Assembly: GCA_017499595.2 (NCBI GenBank)
Contig: CM038999.1
Coordinates: 868,001-932,000, forward strand
Reading direction: 5' to 3'
DNA length: 64,000 nucleotides
Source of the DNA: Psilocybe cubensis
Lineage: Eukaryota
Both the position numbers and the translations under genes were made by a program. Below the pieces are notes generated by a model. It was not told the origin of the DNA, searched no databases, and saw only the letters and a list, made by a program, of their open reading frames with translations. Positions 24,192-38,242 of the stretch are shown in pieces; the stretch's first letter is position 1; each line of letters opens with the position of its first letter.

Positions 24192-26625
24192 GGCTAGCCG
24201 GAGTTGTGCCACACAAAAGATACTTTATGCTGAAAGTGTCCAAGAGTCGACCCTCGCTGAGAGAGAGGGATGAGGTATCGAAATGCATATGTCAAGGGCC
24301 ATGAATGAGTATTTATACTCCCAAGTTTTATTCCAAGAGAGGCACAGATTCATGACGATATCAAACTGGTCCCAAACCTGGAAGTCACTGGCCCCCGTAT
24401 TCAAATTTGATCAGAGCGGATCTATCAGCAGCAGTAGTGCAATCCCTATTTAGGAGTGAAGCCAGAGCTCTAAGCCAAAGAACGAGTAGTGGTCCGCCCA
24501 GGGTGAGAAACACGATGTCTTTTCTTCGACTCGGTGGCGCTTTTTACCCCATTCCGTTAAACATAGAAATGGGTAAACATCATGTGGATCTACAGATGAC
24601 TAGTTGTCAGTCAAGCCTACACACAATTGCGCAGAACTGGAGTCATCGTGAGTTGATGTGGTCATGGTGTAGGTGTTGAAAAAAAAAATCAAGAACAGTG
24701 AGTTCGGAAACGTCAAGATAAAATTGATCCTCCGATGCTGTGCCTGATCTTGCCGATTGATCGCCGGCGTTATGACGACATTTCACTTCTCCACTTGTTC
24801 TCGACGTGTCTTTAACCCCTCCCTGAAGACGTTGTTTGACAAGGTTTCTGCTCCTTATTCCTCCGAGTACAGCTGATGCAGATACGAGGATCTATCGTGA
24901 TTCGTGATTGCAAGAAATATCTGATTGAAGGGCATGAATGACACATCTAGACATTGAGACAGGACATCGAACAAACCGACTTCTGTCTTTGTCCAGTCAT
25001 ATTCGTACATGCAGCGTCGGGCGTTGGAGATACCTATGCACTTCAGATACGTTTGAGTCTAAGCACAGCACATCAAAAAGGGCTTGTAAGAGATTCCTTG
25101 TGTGTTGTTAATTGGCATCTACTAATTAATAGCAGCTAACAACTCGGCTAAATGGCGACTAAGTGCTAACAACAAAGTCATCAAATAAGAACACACTGTA
25201 GAATCCTGAACACAAATGAGTTGTTTCATCAATGACATCACCCACAATTCTCCCTACGATTAAACAGTCAGTCGTGGTTTACAACAAATTATACACAGAA
25301 ATGTACACTGAGATATAATTAAATCATTATGGCAGTCCAGCGTTGAGCAGATGAGATTGTCATGATACATCATTTCAAAATATGTACCGAGTCATACTAT
25401 ATGTCCACATTTGAGAAATAGATGATGAAAGGTCGCTACGTGAAATGGCTGTAGCCTATAACCATACACGCGAGTCAAAAGTTGGTTGCATCATTCGTTG
25501 TCCAAAGCGGATCATATGCTTCGGTTAATGTCAACGCTGAAAAAATTCGCTTGCTCGGGGAGCTTGGATTCATCTATGGCTTGATCAAGGGGCAGTGTAT
25601 GTGATTAATGCAAGATCGGGGATAGGGACCCGCCGGTTATTGTGCCGCCGGAAGCTTGACGACTTAAGCGCCGTCAAGATGTTTGAAAAGCTCGGTCGAC
25701 CCAAGGTCAATCTTTAAAGAAACTCTCATTGTAAATTTTGCCATACTTTATGCGCGGCTGCCAACTAGAATTTCAAGGTTTTAAGGGGACGGTCGCGAGT
25801 GCCGACCGACGTATCAAGGAGCGTTGAAGTTTTAGCGCCGTTCGCCTGAAAACAGCATTTATGATGTACAGTTCAGCGGTACCCGATCACAAATATATAT
25901 CCCTTGGTATATAGTATTCGAGGTTTAATATCAATCAGTGTCGAAGGCCGTAGTTTAGAGTTGAATGGAATGCCGCAGTTGTGTCCGAGGGCATGCATAA
26001 GTTGCAGAGTTACGTCACCCTATCTGAGATTCAATCGGACTTGGTCAATACCCTTCCGCCGGTCCGGCTATTACATAATTAAAGCTTTCGACTCCGAGTG
26101 TTTCTTTTCTAGCGAGCAGCTAGTGGCAAGGGCCTTGGTGTTGTTCAACCCAGTCGATTTGCTGTAAATCTTTGATCTAATCAACCTTGTTCATATATTC
26201 CCCTCTTACTTGTAATTCGTACAGGCATGCCGATTCATTCTCTAATCTACCTGAGGTCGACAAAATGACATCCTCGGACAGGAGTTACATACGTGCTGGG
26301 CCATTGGGAGATGATAAGTAGCATCTGATTCTTAACCATTCAAAACCACACGTTTCTTTCACAACGCACGAATATTTTGACTGGTAATCATCACAGTGGC
26401 GAACAGTCACGGCGATAGTGTGGACCGGTAGACATAACACCCTTGCCGGAGCGACGAATCTGGGGAAAAGTTGCTCACAGTGCGCCGTTTCGACATCACA
26501 AGCTTATTCACCTTCTCCCATCCAAATAGCACAGCTCACGGTAATTATATCCCAAGAGCGCCAATCCCCCTCTCATTTGCCTTGTTACTCGAGTTTGACT
26601 CAACTATTGAACAAGTAATTATCAC

Positions 26626-28509
26626 ATGGACCGCGATCCGCTCTCAGGGAAACCTCACTTTCCACCCCCACCAACTCCCATCAAAGGCGAACGCACCGTG
26701 AACCCCAGGAGGCGGCTCGCGCCTCTCCAACCTCCTCCTTCGCTCGTTCCGCTACCAGCTACACTCCCACCAGGTCTCTCGAGGAAATGCGCATTCACGT
26801 ACACGCATACGCTAAGCGTCCACATCCTACCCGCGGCGTACCCGCGTGCTGCGTCGACGCCCGGGAGAATCGAGGTACCGCTCCCAGAGGCGTTTATAGG
26901 TCCAAAGGCGAAGGAACAGAGGACGAAAAGGTTGTTCGAGACGGCGCATGGAATGTTGGCAGAGAAGGTGCAGCTTGAGAGTGTGTTTCCAGACCCAAAG
27001 CTTAACGCGCGTGTGGGGGAGGTTGGGCTATGGAGTACCGTGTTAAGAATTAGACGGGACGAGAGTGTATCGTTGGGAGAGGGGAAGAAGGGTATTACAC
27101 TTGTGACTACCCATCCTATTGGGTTCCATAAAGAGGTGCGTGGGGCTCGCGGCTATGTACTGTCTCATGGTTGCTTATCGTAACACTTGCTTTCTTTCGA
27201 AATTAAGATATGGGAACCTACGTTTAGACATCTCATAGAAATGACAGAGCTGGCCAACTCATCTATTAGAATCGAAGAACTCTGGTCGCTCGAAGCTGTC
27301 AACCACGGCGACGCGGCTCTCATCAACGGCATCCATATACCCAAACTTCGTGCGTGTTCATCTTCAACGTATTTGCTCAATATATTTATTTCTACCTACC
27401 AGCGGATCGATCTGACTATGGACGGGACATTGCCAATTTTGTGATCCACCATCTTCCAGACGGGAAAGACGCATTCGGGAAGGATCTTCCACTCCAGCTC
27501 ACTCGCCTTCCCGAATCCATTGCGACCGAACGAGTGAAACACGGATTCAGAGATCGGAATGTTGTTACGATGGGTCATTCACTTGGTGGGGACGCGACGT
27601 ATGCTTTACTCCATGAATGGATTGTGATTGTCTCTCTAAGGCTAATATTTCTCTTTTGGTTGCAATCTTGCTAGTGCGTTGTGTGGGATAAGCTACCCTA
27701 AACTTTTCCCGGCTATTATATTACTGGAGACGACGCTCTTCCCTGGGTCGAATAACAGATCAAAGCTCAAGCCCGCAATCATCGTCAGCACACTCGGACG
27801 GAGATCATCCTGGCCTTCAAGGTATATCCTCTTCCACACTCAATACTACCCTCTGCGCAACCCTTTAAAACAAATCACACAGGGAAGAAGCGAAGAAAGC
27901 TCTCCTCAAATCCCCTCTCTTCCAAGCCTTTGATCCAGAGGTCCTAAATGTATATGTTGAGCACGGAACGTACAAAGACGATAAGACTGGCCAGATACAC
28001 CTCAAATGCCCCCCGGCTTTGGAAGCCAGTGAGTTCGCAGAGCTCCGGACGATGAACGAGGGGTGGGAGCTGCTACCGACCCTTGACGACAATGTAGAGC
28101 TGAGATGGATAATGGGAGGCAGAGATGACGCGAGTAACTTGTGCGTGCTAATCATACATGTAATTCACTGCAGACAATGTTAGGCTGACACGGGAATTTG
28201 TGGGGTGTGTTAGAGTGGGAGGTATGGAAGTGGCGAGGAAGACAGTTTGGCGGCGATCGAAGAACGCGTCGAATGTGAAGCTTCCTGGGGCCGGTCATCT
28301 GGTGTGCAATGTTTCCCGAATGTTGACTTGGTATCGTTGTGCTGAAAATCTGCGTAGCTCGTTCAAGAGAAACCAAAGGATGTTGGTAAGAGAACAGAAT
28401 ATATCGTAGACAAGCTCAGATTGCTAACTGAAAACCAGCGGAAGACATTACCTTGTTCTTGACCCGAAAATTTGGGTCGGGAGAAGATGGCCGCAAGGCG
28501 AAGTTGTGA
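26626..28509 (+). CDS. Alpha/beta-hydrolase (Abhydrolase_6; Lpx1/MpaH-like) with C-terminal PTS1 (-AKL)
   Basis: HILPAAYPR, HPIGFHKEIWEP, LWSLEAVNHGDAA, nucleophile elbow GHSLGG, RRSSWPSR, LKCPPALEA and catalytic-His region GAGHLLVQEKP. Ends ...GRKAKL-TGA. Confidence 0.88.
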
Positions 28510-28789
28510 ATTAGCTGAGGGTGGCTTCTACAATGAACATGACCATGGAGACCAAAGTACTGACAAATCGATTACCCTGGCGTCATTCACTTGAATTCGC
28601 GCACAAGTTACAGGCCGCCGGACTATCCGGACCGAATGCATCCTCGGCGCCTAAATTGTGTTGGGACTTCAAAACTTCGTGCCCATTTACGTTTAAGCTT
28701 AGAGTTTCCTGAGAGCCTTGAGAAGGTATGCAATAATATTGAGTGCAATATCAACTATAAATACAATTAAGGAATATACGACTGCCCAT

Positions 28790-30790
28790 TTAGATGATCG
28801 GGACCGCCTCGACGGGTTGTAGGAAACTACCTGCTGCCTGATCACGTACAACCTTTGTCAGACGCCACCCTGTACCATCCAAGAGCTCCGCCAAGTGCTT
28901 AACAGTTCTCTCCTGCGAGTTAAAGAGTACCAACATCTAACAATTCATCAGTCCATGATGATCATATAATCGTACGGCCTACAGAGCCTGCGTACCGTCA
29001 AATCAGCAACGTAAGCTAGCTCGTTTGCAACACCGAAATTTGCCAACAGCGGCATGGGCGCCTCTTTGGGTGAGATTCCGACGATTCTCAGGCTGTTTTC
29101 GGTGTCTGTATTGGCATCGGCACTTGGGTCGTGGCATGCAAAGGGGATTACACTGTCGATGAGGATGAGCTTCGTGTCGGGTTGCGCGGCTCGTCTCAGC
29201 TGGGAGAGGATCTTAATAGCGTAGGGATCCGACCAGTCGTGCATGATCTGTTTGAGGAGGAACACCGATGCATTTTTGACGGGCTGGGGTGTGAAGAAAT
29301 CATGCGCTTCATGCCCAATTCAGAGTTCAAATGAATACCCTCCTTTGATGCGTATGTGGATATATTTTGCGAAATCATACCTTGCAGGGTCGCCCGGCCG
29401 GACGCTAGAGCGTCCGGCATTTCCTTTTCCCAGAACTATTGGTGAGGAGTTAGCAGATTTCCTATGACGACAATGAGCTTTTTCTGTATACCGGTGTACT
29501 CCCTTCTGCGATGACGGTGGGTTGGTCCTGGACAACAATCTTGACATTCGGGATATTCTTCGCCAATACCATCGAGGTAGCACCCACACCGCCTCCAACG
29601 TCGACAACGACTGAGTCTTTTGGCAAAGATTCCCAATCATAGGCTGTAAATCGTCAAATGTAACGCACAACATTTCGTCGGCTATGATGAACACACCTTT
29701 CAAAATCGCGTCCGCCGATTCGAGCGCTGCTACTCCTTTCATTGCGATATCGAATCTGCGCTGTCGGTACTCCTGATCTGGTTGTGCGAGTGTCTCCCAA
29801 AAGGTAGTTTTGACGTCCATTGCGGTGTTGAAGGCTGTTTCGTTTGTCTCGACCGAGTTGGCCGTGACCGGGTTGGACATGTTCTCCCACAGATTCCCTG
29901 AAGACTTGTACACCTCATCTAGACTGTTATAGTTTTCAGATTAATGTTTCTTGCTTAGTAAATAGAGTGGAGGATTGATTGTGGATTTGGGTTCTCACTG
30001 GTGACCGACGATGGCAGCGAATCCGGGAGTGTTGTCGTGTTTGCTTTCAGGACTAGAATCCAGTTTTGTTAAAACGATGGGGAGCCTATTGTTAAGCAAG
30101 AGTGAACTTGCCTAGCAATGATATCATTTACCGCCTTTCCGGTGTCGAGCATGGAGGATATACGGTTGTTGACAAATACATCCGGGAGAACCTCCTTGTA
30201 AACATGATGTGTAGCAAGATATCGCAGCAGTCGAGCTGGTTGTGTATGTCAGGTTATTTCAGAGAAAGTGGTCTGTAATTCTTACCAAGCTTCCCACTGT
30301 TAAGATTCGCTCTTTTCGCGATATCCTTGACGTGCATTCCCTGATTCTATGTTAGACTTGACATGCTAAATCCTACGAATCTTGTAATATGAATCCAGAC
30401 CTGTGGACCAGCTTCACGGATTATTTCCGTGACGTTGGCTTCTGCGCAAACTCGAAGGGCAGCTGTTTTGAATTGCTGGAATCATGACCTTTGATTAATT
30501 CCGATAGTATCTCCCTGTCACAGAGGGTAAAAATATAAACCTACTCCAGAGACCAAAGTATACAATGCAACAGAGGGTGGCAAAACCATCATCATAAGCT
30601 GGTGAGCCGCAGCTGCAATGACTTTCGTCGCCTCCTCAGCCTGAGGATTAGCCCTAAATGCTTCGGAAGCTGGGGAAAATGGATCATCTAAGCTGGGAAA
30701 TGGCAAATTGCTATCGGAGCACGCTTTTTCTAGTGCAACAACAGAGTTATTGATCAAGCAAGCTAGCTGGGAAAGAGGAGAAGCAGACAT
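28790..30790 (-). CDS. SAM-dependent O-methyltransferase (Methyltransf_2), copy 1
   Basis: RLLRYLATHHVYKEV (dimerisation), VVDVGGGVG (SAM motif I), VVQDQP, HDFFTPQP, KQIMHDW (catalytic His) and NSQERT. Confidence 0.93.
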
Positions 30791-32298
30791 AGCGGAACTA
30801 AAGATGGCAATTTTCCTCAGCTGAAAGCTGTTCCTTTTTATACTTATATCTCACGGGATGATTACAGAGACTCATCAAAATATGGGATTCTGAGCGCCCT
30901 CCTGAAAGATATCTATTTTTGTACTTCAATACATATGCACATGTACGCATGCAACTATAGAGAAAGTCTGGTCTTTGATTTACAAAATGTCGCTGGAAGG
31001 TTGGGCAAACATGGTAATTTTTGATTCTAAGTTTAGAACTTCCGGTGGTTAGCTAAATATAACTTGTATCTCGCAATTGGCTCTTCCCCGAGCAGGGTGA
31101 TGATTCAATGAATCGATCTGATACGCATATTATACAAGTGCTACCACCGTTTGAGATACTTGGAGATGATACAGTTTGACCACAGGCGAAAGGTGGCCGG
31201 ACTGCAATCTGAGCGAATTTTTTTGCCGTCAATTTTTATTTTGCGCCATAATCCACACAAACCACTGAATAGCTTTCTGAATTCCTTGAAACCATTGGTC
31301 AACTTTTCAGCTTCAACATAGATTCCATACCGTATTCATTCCTCAACTTGCATTTGAAGTATCAGCACGCGCAATGTCCTTCAAACCTACCTTTGGTCCT
31401 ATCCGAAAGGAATTTTTTAATTCCTCGAGGTTGGTGCAGAAAGACCATGATCGCGAGCCTGGAAGCTAGGGAAGAAGGTCACGTTGTGGCGTTTACTAAG
31501 AGCTGTGATCACGTGTAATGGTCACGAGTAATTGGTAAGACGCGCTTGTGTTACTCTCCTGAGTCGTCCTCCCCACACCGACGCCAAAATGTTATCCCGA
31601 CACTGACAAGCTGTGGGATGGCTTGGAGCTGGCTTGGATCATGTGAAAGGACTTTGAGCCTCACCCGGAACTAAGCGAATTGATGTCTTTAAACGAGAAA
31701 CGTAAGAATATGGCCTGAAACGGAGTACAGAATACGAACAAAACAACATAAATAGGTGTCGAGGAAGCGGATCCTCTTGACGAACTTTGGACCTACTTTT
31801 GTCCACAACTTTTGACATTGTCGACGCCGAGCTTCCATGGAGCGGACCCCTTCTGCTAATTGGACGATACAAAGCCGAAATCGATTTCCCCGGATGTGAT
31901 AGTCATGATAAAACTCGCGTTTCTGATTGGCTGTGATAATGCACGCAGCTTGTTAGTCATGGTCAGGACTCGGGTGGTGCAATATCATGCAGCAGGTGTG
32001 CAGCCGTCTGGACTATCGTCAGTATTGCACGGCGAGTGGTTTCTGGAGGTTTGAGGTTGTCTGTGCGCTACTGGTGTCTAAAAATTGGATTCGCCTTGGC
32101 TTGGTTAAGCGTTCCGGGAAGTAAGCGCTGAGAGATCGCGACAGAGAACGCCATCGAATATGGAGGAAACTCGCTGGACGGGTATGGAAAAAGATCCGCG
32201 AGGACGGTTTGTTGGCGTGACGAGGCGGAGGTTCAAGTTGGCGTGAAATGTTTCGTTTCATTTAACCGCTCCTCTCTCCTTCACCACCACCATCCACC

Positions 32299-33885
32299 AT
32301 GTCCTTCAGCGTTTTTCGCGCGTCCTTCCGCAATCCTGCGGCCAACCCTCTTCGCAGGGCTACCCAACTGCCTAAGGCCCAGTTCCGCGTAAAGTTCACC
32401 CGCAACTTCTCTACCCCTCCTCCTGCTGCAGAGGCCAAGTCAAACACAGCTCTCTACGCTGGTCTCGGAGCCGCTGCTGCTGGTGGTATCGCATACTACT
32501 TCTATGCTACTAACAGTGGCAAGGAGGCTGGAACTGCTGTCAAGTCTGGTGTCCAGGCTGCCAAGGTTTCCGCCAACTTTGTCCCCACCAAGGAGGACTA
32601 CATCAAGGTGAGTTCGGGCGCCTTTTTCATCATCTCATCCGTCTTTCTTATCAGTTATGTACGTTAGGTGTACAACAGGATCGCTCAGGTCATTGACGAG
32701 GCCGGCGAATACGACGGTATGTGGATACCAAGGCTTCCTCATTGACCCGATCTCATCGTCACATTAGATGGCTCCTATGGACCCGTTCTTGTCCGCCTCG
32801 CCTGGCACGCGTCTGGAACTTATGACAAGGATACTAAAACCGGTGGCAGGTTAGTTTTTTGCTCCGCTCTGTCTACCCCTAATATACTCATTTTCTTCGA
32901 TCCTAATAGCAACTACGCGACTATGCGCTTTGAACCTGAATCCCAACATGGTGCTAACGCCGGTCTGAACGTTGCTCGTGATCTCATGGAAAAGGTCAAG
33001 CAGGAATTCCCCTGGATTAGCTACGGTGATCTCTGGACTCTTGCTGGTGTTGCTGCAATTCAGGTGAGCACCCTTACCAGATAACGCCTGATAGCTGTGG
33101 GAACGTTTTTTTGACTTATCCTTTTTTGCAATGGTAGGAAATGGCTGGCCCCAAGATCCCCTGGCGCCCTGGACGCATTGACGGTTTCGCTGCACAGGCC
33201 ACCCCCGATGGTCGTCTCCCTGACGCTACCCAAGGCGCTGACCACCTCAGGAACATCTTCCACCGCATGGGGTACGTGTTCATACTTTCTCCCGTAATAA
33301 ATAAACTCAGAAGTAGAAATTTTGTTTAGATTCAACGATCAGGAAATTGTCGCTCTCTCTGGTGCTCATGCTCTTGGCCGCTGCCACCGTGACCGCTCCG
33401 GATTCGAAGGCCCCTGGACGTTCTCCCCTACCACTCTGACTAACGACTACTACAAGCTGCTCTTCGACGAGAAATGGGTGTGGAAACGCTGGGATGGACC
33501 TAAGCAGCTCGAGGACAAGAAGACCAAGAGCCTTATGATGTTGCCGTGCGTTTATTCCTTCTCGTGTATTTGAGGAGACTTAAAAATGACTGACTGTTGC
33601 TTTTCTATGATATATAGTACCGATTACGTTCTCACTCAGGACAAGGTCTTCAAGAAACAGGCTAAGGCTTACGCTGAGAGCCAGGATCTCTTCTTCAAGG
33701 AGTACGTCTATATTCTATTTCTTTTTCTTCCTGTTCCTCGCACAAGCTGACGGTGAAACTCGAATTTATCTAGCTTCTCCGCCGTTGTTTCCCGCCTCTT
33801 CGAGCTCGGTGTGCCTTCTTCCCAATGGGTCACTCCCGAGCCCTGGGTCATGCCCACCGTTGAGGAGCAGAAGGAGCAGAAGTAA
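32299..33885 (+). CDS. CCP1: Mitochondrial cytochrome c peroxidase
   Basis: Arg/Ser-rich presequence plus TM segment. Motifs [68 protein letters not shown] and [13 protein letters not shown]...SGFEGPWT. Confidence 0.97.
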
Positions 33886-35592
33886 ACGTGCATCACCACC
33901 CCTCCGATGCATTTCTACTCGACTCATCTTACCTCGTTTGCCTGACACGCTCATACATCCCGTTAAAAAGAATATCGTAATTGGTTGACCGACTTGCTGA
34001 CCCGCCCTTTCACTAGAGGTGTTCGGGTTGGGTGGTTTGGTGGTTGGTGTTTTATTATAACATTAGTGATAGATACGGCTATTCTTATTCTACTCCTTCA
34101 ACTTGATCCCTTTTGTCCATCACCCTCCTACCCTCCTGCATAACTTGCTTTCCGAATTTTCGTTTTTTATCTTCGTTGTTGTTTTAGAGTACCTTTTTGT
34201 TTGCTTTGACACTCCTGCTTGTGCTTTTTTGGTGGTGGTGTAGAGAGGGCTGGTGCTGGTTTGATTCTGCATGTGCTAGATGATGGTAGATTCTAGAGTC
34301 TAGATGCTAGATGCTAGAGTTGGGCTGGTGTAGATCTTTTAGATTCTGAACTGGTTTAGCTGATTCATACACGCTTTCAGTAGTAACATTTGCTCTGAGA
34401 ATCTAATGGGTCCACCACTGAATAAGAATACTATTTACTAAAGGAGATAATTGGACAATGGCATGCGTAGTGCAGCGTTCATTGTGTGTGTTAAAACGTC
34501 TCAAATGCACTGTGGCGGCTGTGCTTGTTCGCACCGTGCAGTTCATAACTTCATATTCGTCCTGTTAATCTTTCTGAGAATTTTAACGACTAGGAAGTTC
34601 CCAAGCCAACATCTTTTTCATCTGATGAAAACTCCGCCGACGTGTGTGCAGATCTCAGGATAGTAAAAATATGCTATTCGTTGGAAAGGACATCATGAAG
34701 GAAGGTTTGCATCTATGATCTCCTGACCTATCCTAACATTGAATCCGCCGGCGCTCACCCTTGTATATGGGAATCCCCACGCTGCTGATCACTGCCGTTT
34801 CCTGAGCTGATCAATGATTACCCTATTTACCTTTCGCTCCTGTGGTACATGGCCTACACAGTGATAGTGGCTAAATTAAGATCTATGTTCGAAGCAATAA
34901 TACTTTCTGAAAGAGTTTGATCATCTGAAAGTACTACTATACTTGCGCTTTGAACTAGTTTCAGGACCTCGGCACGGGCCGTGGGTGTAATTATTAATTT
35001 GGTTATTTGCTTCGTCAATCAGCGCGACGAGCGCTTAATTCACGACCTTTATCGGCAACTCAAATATGAATCATGGATTGTATCGCTCATTGTATTGACT
35101 GTAAGTAGCGATACAGAGTAAATGCATTAAAGCAATAAATTTGACCTTCACATGATAAAAGTAGTGCAACTTATGCATCAATCAGCGCTCGAAGGTGGCG
35201 CTGGCATCAACATCACCAAAACTCCATCACAGGAAGTCATTCCAAGTAAAATAAAGACCCGAGCGGTCATATGATGCATAAGAAGATGCGGAGAATGTTA
35301 GAAACAAGGGTCCGAGAAATCAAGTAGAAGTGTAGGCGTGTTCTCCATGATGCGATGCCGCTGTTAAAAATAGAGTTCATCTTCAAGGTCAAGGTCTCAT
35401 GGTAGTGGTAGATGAGAATCATACCTTGGCCTTATGGCCCAAGAATTTGGGAATCACTTTCACATAGACTATTCTTCACGATGTTGTTTTGCATAGAAAA
35501 GCAATTCAGACACGTACAAATCTTTGCATCCTTGAGATTCCAATACAACAAACACTGTCGGCTTGTAGAGATCCTGCTTTCAGGGTTTGAAA

Positions 35593-37586
35593 ATGCCCTC
35601 AACTCTATCCTCGATTGCTGTTCTAATAAATCGCTCTATCGTTGCGCTAGAGAAAGCATGCTCTGACAGCAAATTGCCGTTTCCCAGCCTTGATGAACCA
35701 TTTACCCCAGCTTCTGAAGCCTTCAGGACGAATCCAGAGGCTGCGGAGGCAGCAAGGGTAATTGCGGCGGCGGCACACCAACTTATGATGATGGTTCTGC
35801 CACCATCTGTCGCATTGTATACTTTGGTCTCCGGTGTGAGTTCGTTTTTGGATGAGCGTATCGTTGATCTAATTGATCGAACGACGTTATGTGAGTGCAG
35901 CAACACAAGTCAGCGGTGCTTCGGGTCTGTCTGGAAGCCAATGTCACGGAAATATTGCGTGAGGGTGGAAAGGAGGTCAGGAATTATTGAAAATTGAGAA
36001 GTAAATTGGTTTTCATAATTCTGATGTCATTACAGGGAATGCATGTCAAGAAAATTGCGGAAAGAACCAAAGTCAATCACCAAAAACTTGGTACAAACCT
36101 AAAATACTAATTGAAATCGTCAACACTCATACCCCATTAGCGCGATGTTTGAGGTACCTGGCCACACATCATGTTTACAAAGAGGTTTCTCCGGATGTCT
36201 TTACCAACAATCGCGTATCCTCTATGATGGATACTGGGAAGGCTGTAAAGGACCTCATCGCCAGGTAAGTTCATCGCAGGCTAACATTAAATATTTAAAG
36301 TGTCACCAGTGTCCTGACTGTATGATTCAGACCTGAAGAAAAACATGAAAATACCACAGGATTGGCTGCGATTGCCAGCCATCAGTAAGTACGCTACCAT
36401 TGGCGGAATGGTTTGGTTCACTAAAGGCGCATTGGCTATTATTAGTCTTGATGAGGTATATAAGGCCGCAGGATGCCTTTGGGAGTCAATGTCCGACCCC
36501 GCCACCGCCCACTCATTTGAATCGAATGAAACACCATTTAACCTAGGTTTAAATGTCAAAACATCATTTTGGGACACAATTGTGCTACCAGATCCATACT
36601 GGCAATACCGTCAACGCAGATTTCATATTGGAATAAAAGGAGCAGGCAGTCTTGAACCGGCAGATGCCATTTTAAAAGGTACGTAGGTAACCAAATCGGT
36701 TGAGTGGAGAGACTCTTTGCTGAAATCTGACGATATTATAGCCTTCGATTGGAGATCACTACCTAAAGGCTCCATTGTTGTGGACGTGGGTGGTGGGATT
36801 GGCGGTCCTGCGTTGGTGTTGGCAAGAAACGTGCCTGATATTAAAATTGTGATACAAGACACACCTACCGTCATTTCTGAAGGAACCACACCGGTACGAA
36901 AAGAGCTTGCTTAAGTGTGCTAAGCGCCTAAAACCCACCTCCGTAGCTCTGGGCAAGGGAATTGCCGGAAGCCCTCGCATCTGGCCGTGTTACCTTGCAA
37001 GGTAAATTCGAGTTCTCGAAAACTTAGGTCCAATGAGAGATTCTTACTCTAATCAATGAAAGCCCATGATTTTTTCACTCCCCAACCCATAAAAAATGCA
37101 TCGGTGTTCTTGCTCAAGCAAATCATGCATGACTGGCCCGACAAATATGCAATCAAAATATTGTCCCAGCTAAGGCAAGCAGCGCGACCAGACACAAGAC
37201 TAATTATTGTAGATAGCGCTATACCCTTTGCTTGCCATGATCCAAGCGGTGATAAAGGGAAGGGTGTCGTCGGAGCCGTACCCAAAGAGGCGCCCGAGCC
37301 GCTTTTGGCAAATTATGGGGTTACTAATGAGATGACTTACTTTGCTGACGTTACGGTATGTAAAATGAAGCATTTTAAACTAGAGAAAGACTCATGCATT
37401 GGTTAGATGTTAATAGTGACTAATGCGCAAGAACGAACTGTCAAACACTTAGGAGAATTATTGCAAAGTACTGGTTGGCGAATGACAAAGATTTTCCGTG
37501 ATCATGAATCGGGCGTCTATCTGCAACCGATCGAGGCGGTGCCAATGGTTCAAATTGCAACCAAAGATACTTCATTTAACCAATGA
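35593..37586 (+). CDS. SAM-dependent O-methyltransferase, copy 2
   Basis: Same exon structure as copy 1. Motifs VVDVGGGIGG, HDFFTPQP, KQIMHDW and NAQERT. Stop TGA at 37584-37586. Confidence 0.93.
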
Positions 37587-38242
37587 TTAATGAATCCCCG
37601 AATTTAACTGAAATAGTCGGACACTCACCAATTACTATGTATATTTCTATATTTATTACCAACTTCAATGGTGCATACACTCACATTGTCTGATGAATGT
37701 ATTGTAACCAGATATAAAGTAAATAATATATTGCGGTATACTAAAAGTGCAATGTTAGTGGGTGAACAGATAGATCATGCATTATGGTAATAGATATTTG
37801 GCCGTTCCATGATAAAAGTGACTCGGTAGCACAGCTTTTGCAATGAATCAGGATGGTTTCACTGGCGGTAAGGAGTATCATTGATTCTCATCACAGAAAA
37901 ATAGTCCGAGTAAGCCAATAATCAGAAAACATGTGGTGCACACCATGATGCAGATTATTGCAAGGTCTGGAGGAGTCGAATGGAAGTGTAGGCGTGTCCT
38001 CCATCATGTCATTTTCCTGCCAAAAATACCAGTCATGGCAGACCATCAAGTCGTTTATTAAAGAATGGGACAACCCATCATACATCATTCCTTAGGTTGC
38101 AAAGATTAAATTCTCATGGAGTACTCTTCAAGACTCCTTTATATGCAAAAGCACTAGAAACACATACAGAATTTTAGCATACAGAGATTTATATACCACA
38201 GACACTGCCGGTTTGTAGAGATCCAACCTTCTGGGTTCCGCA

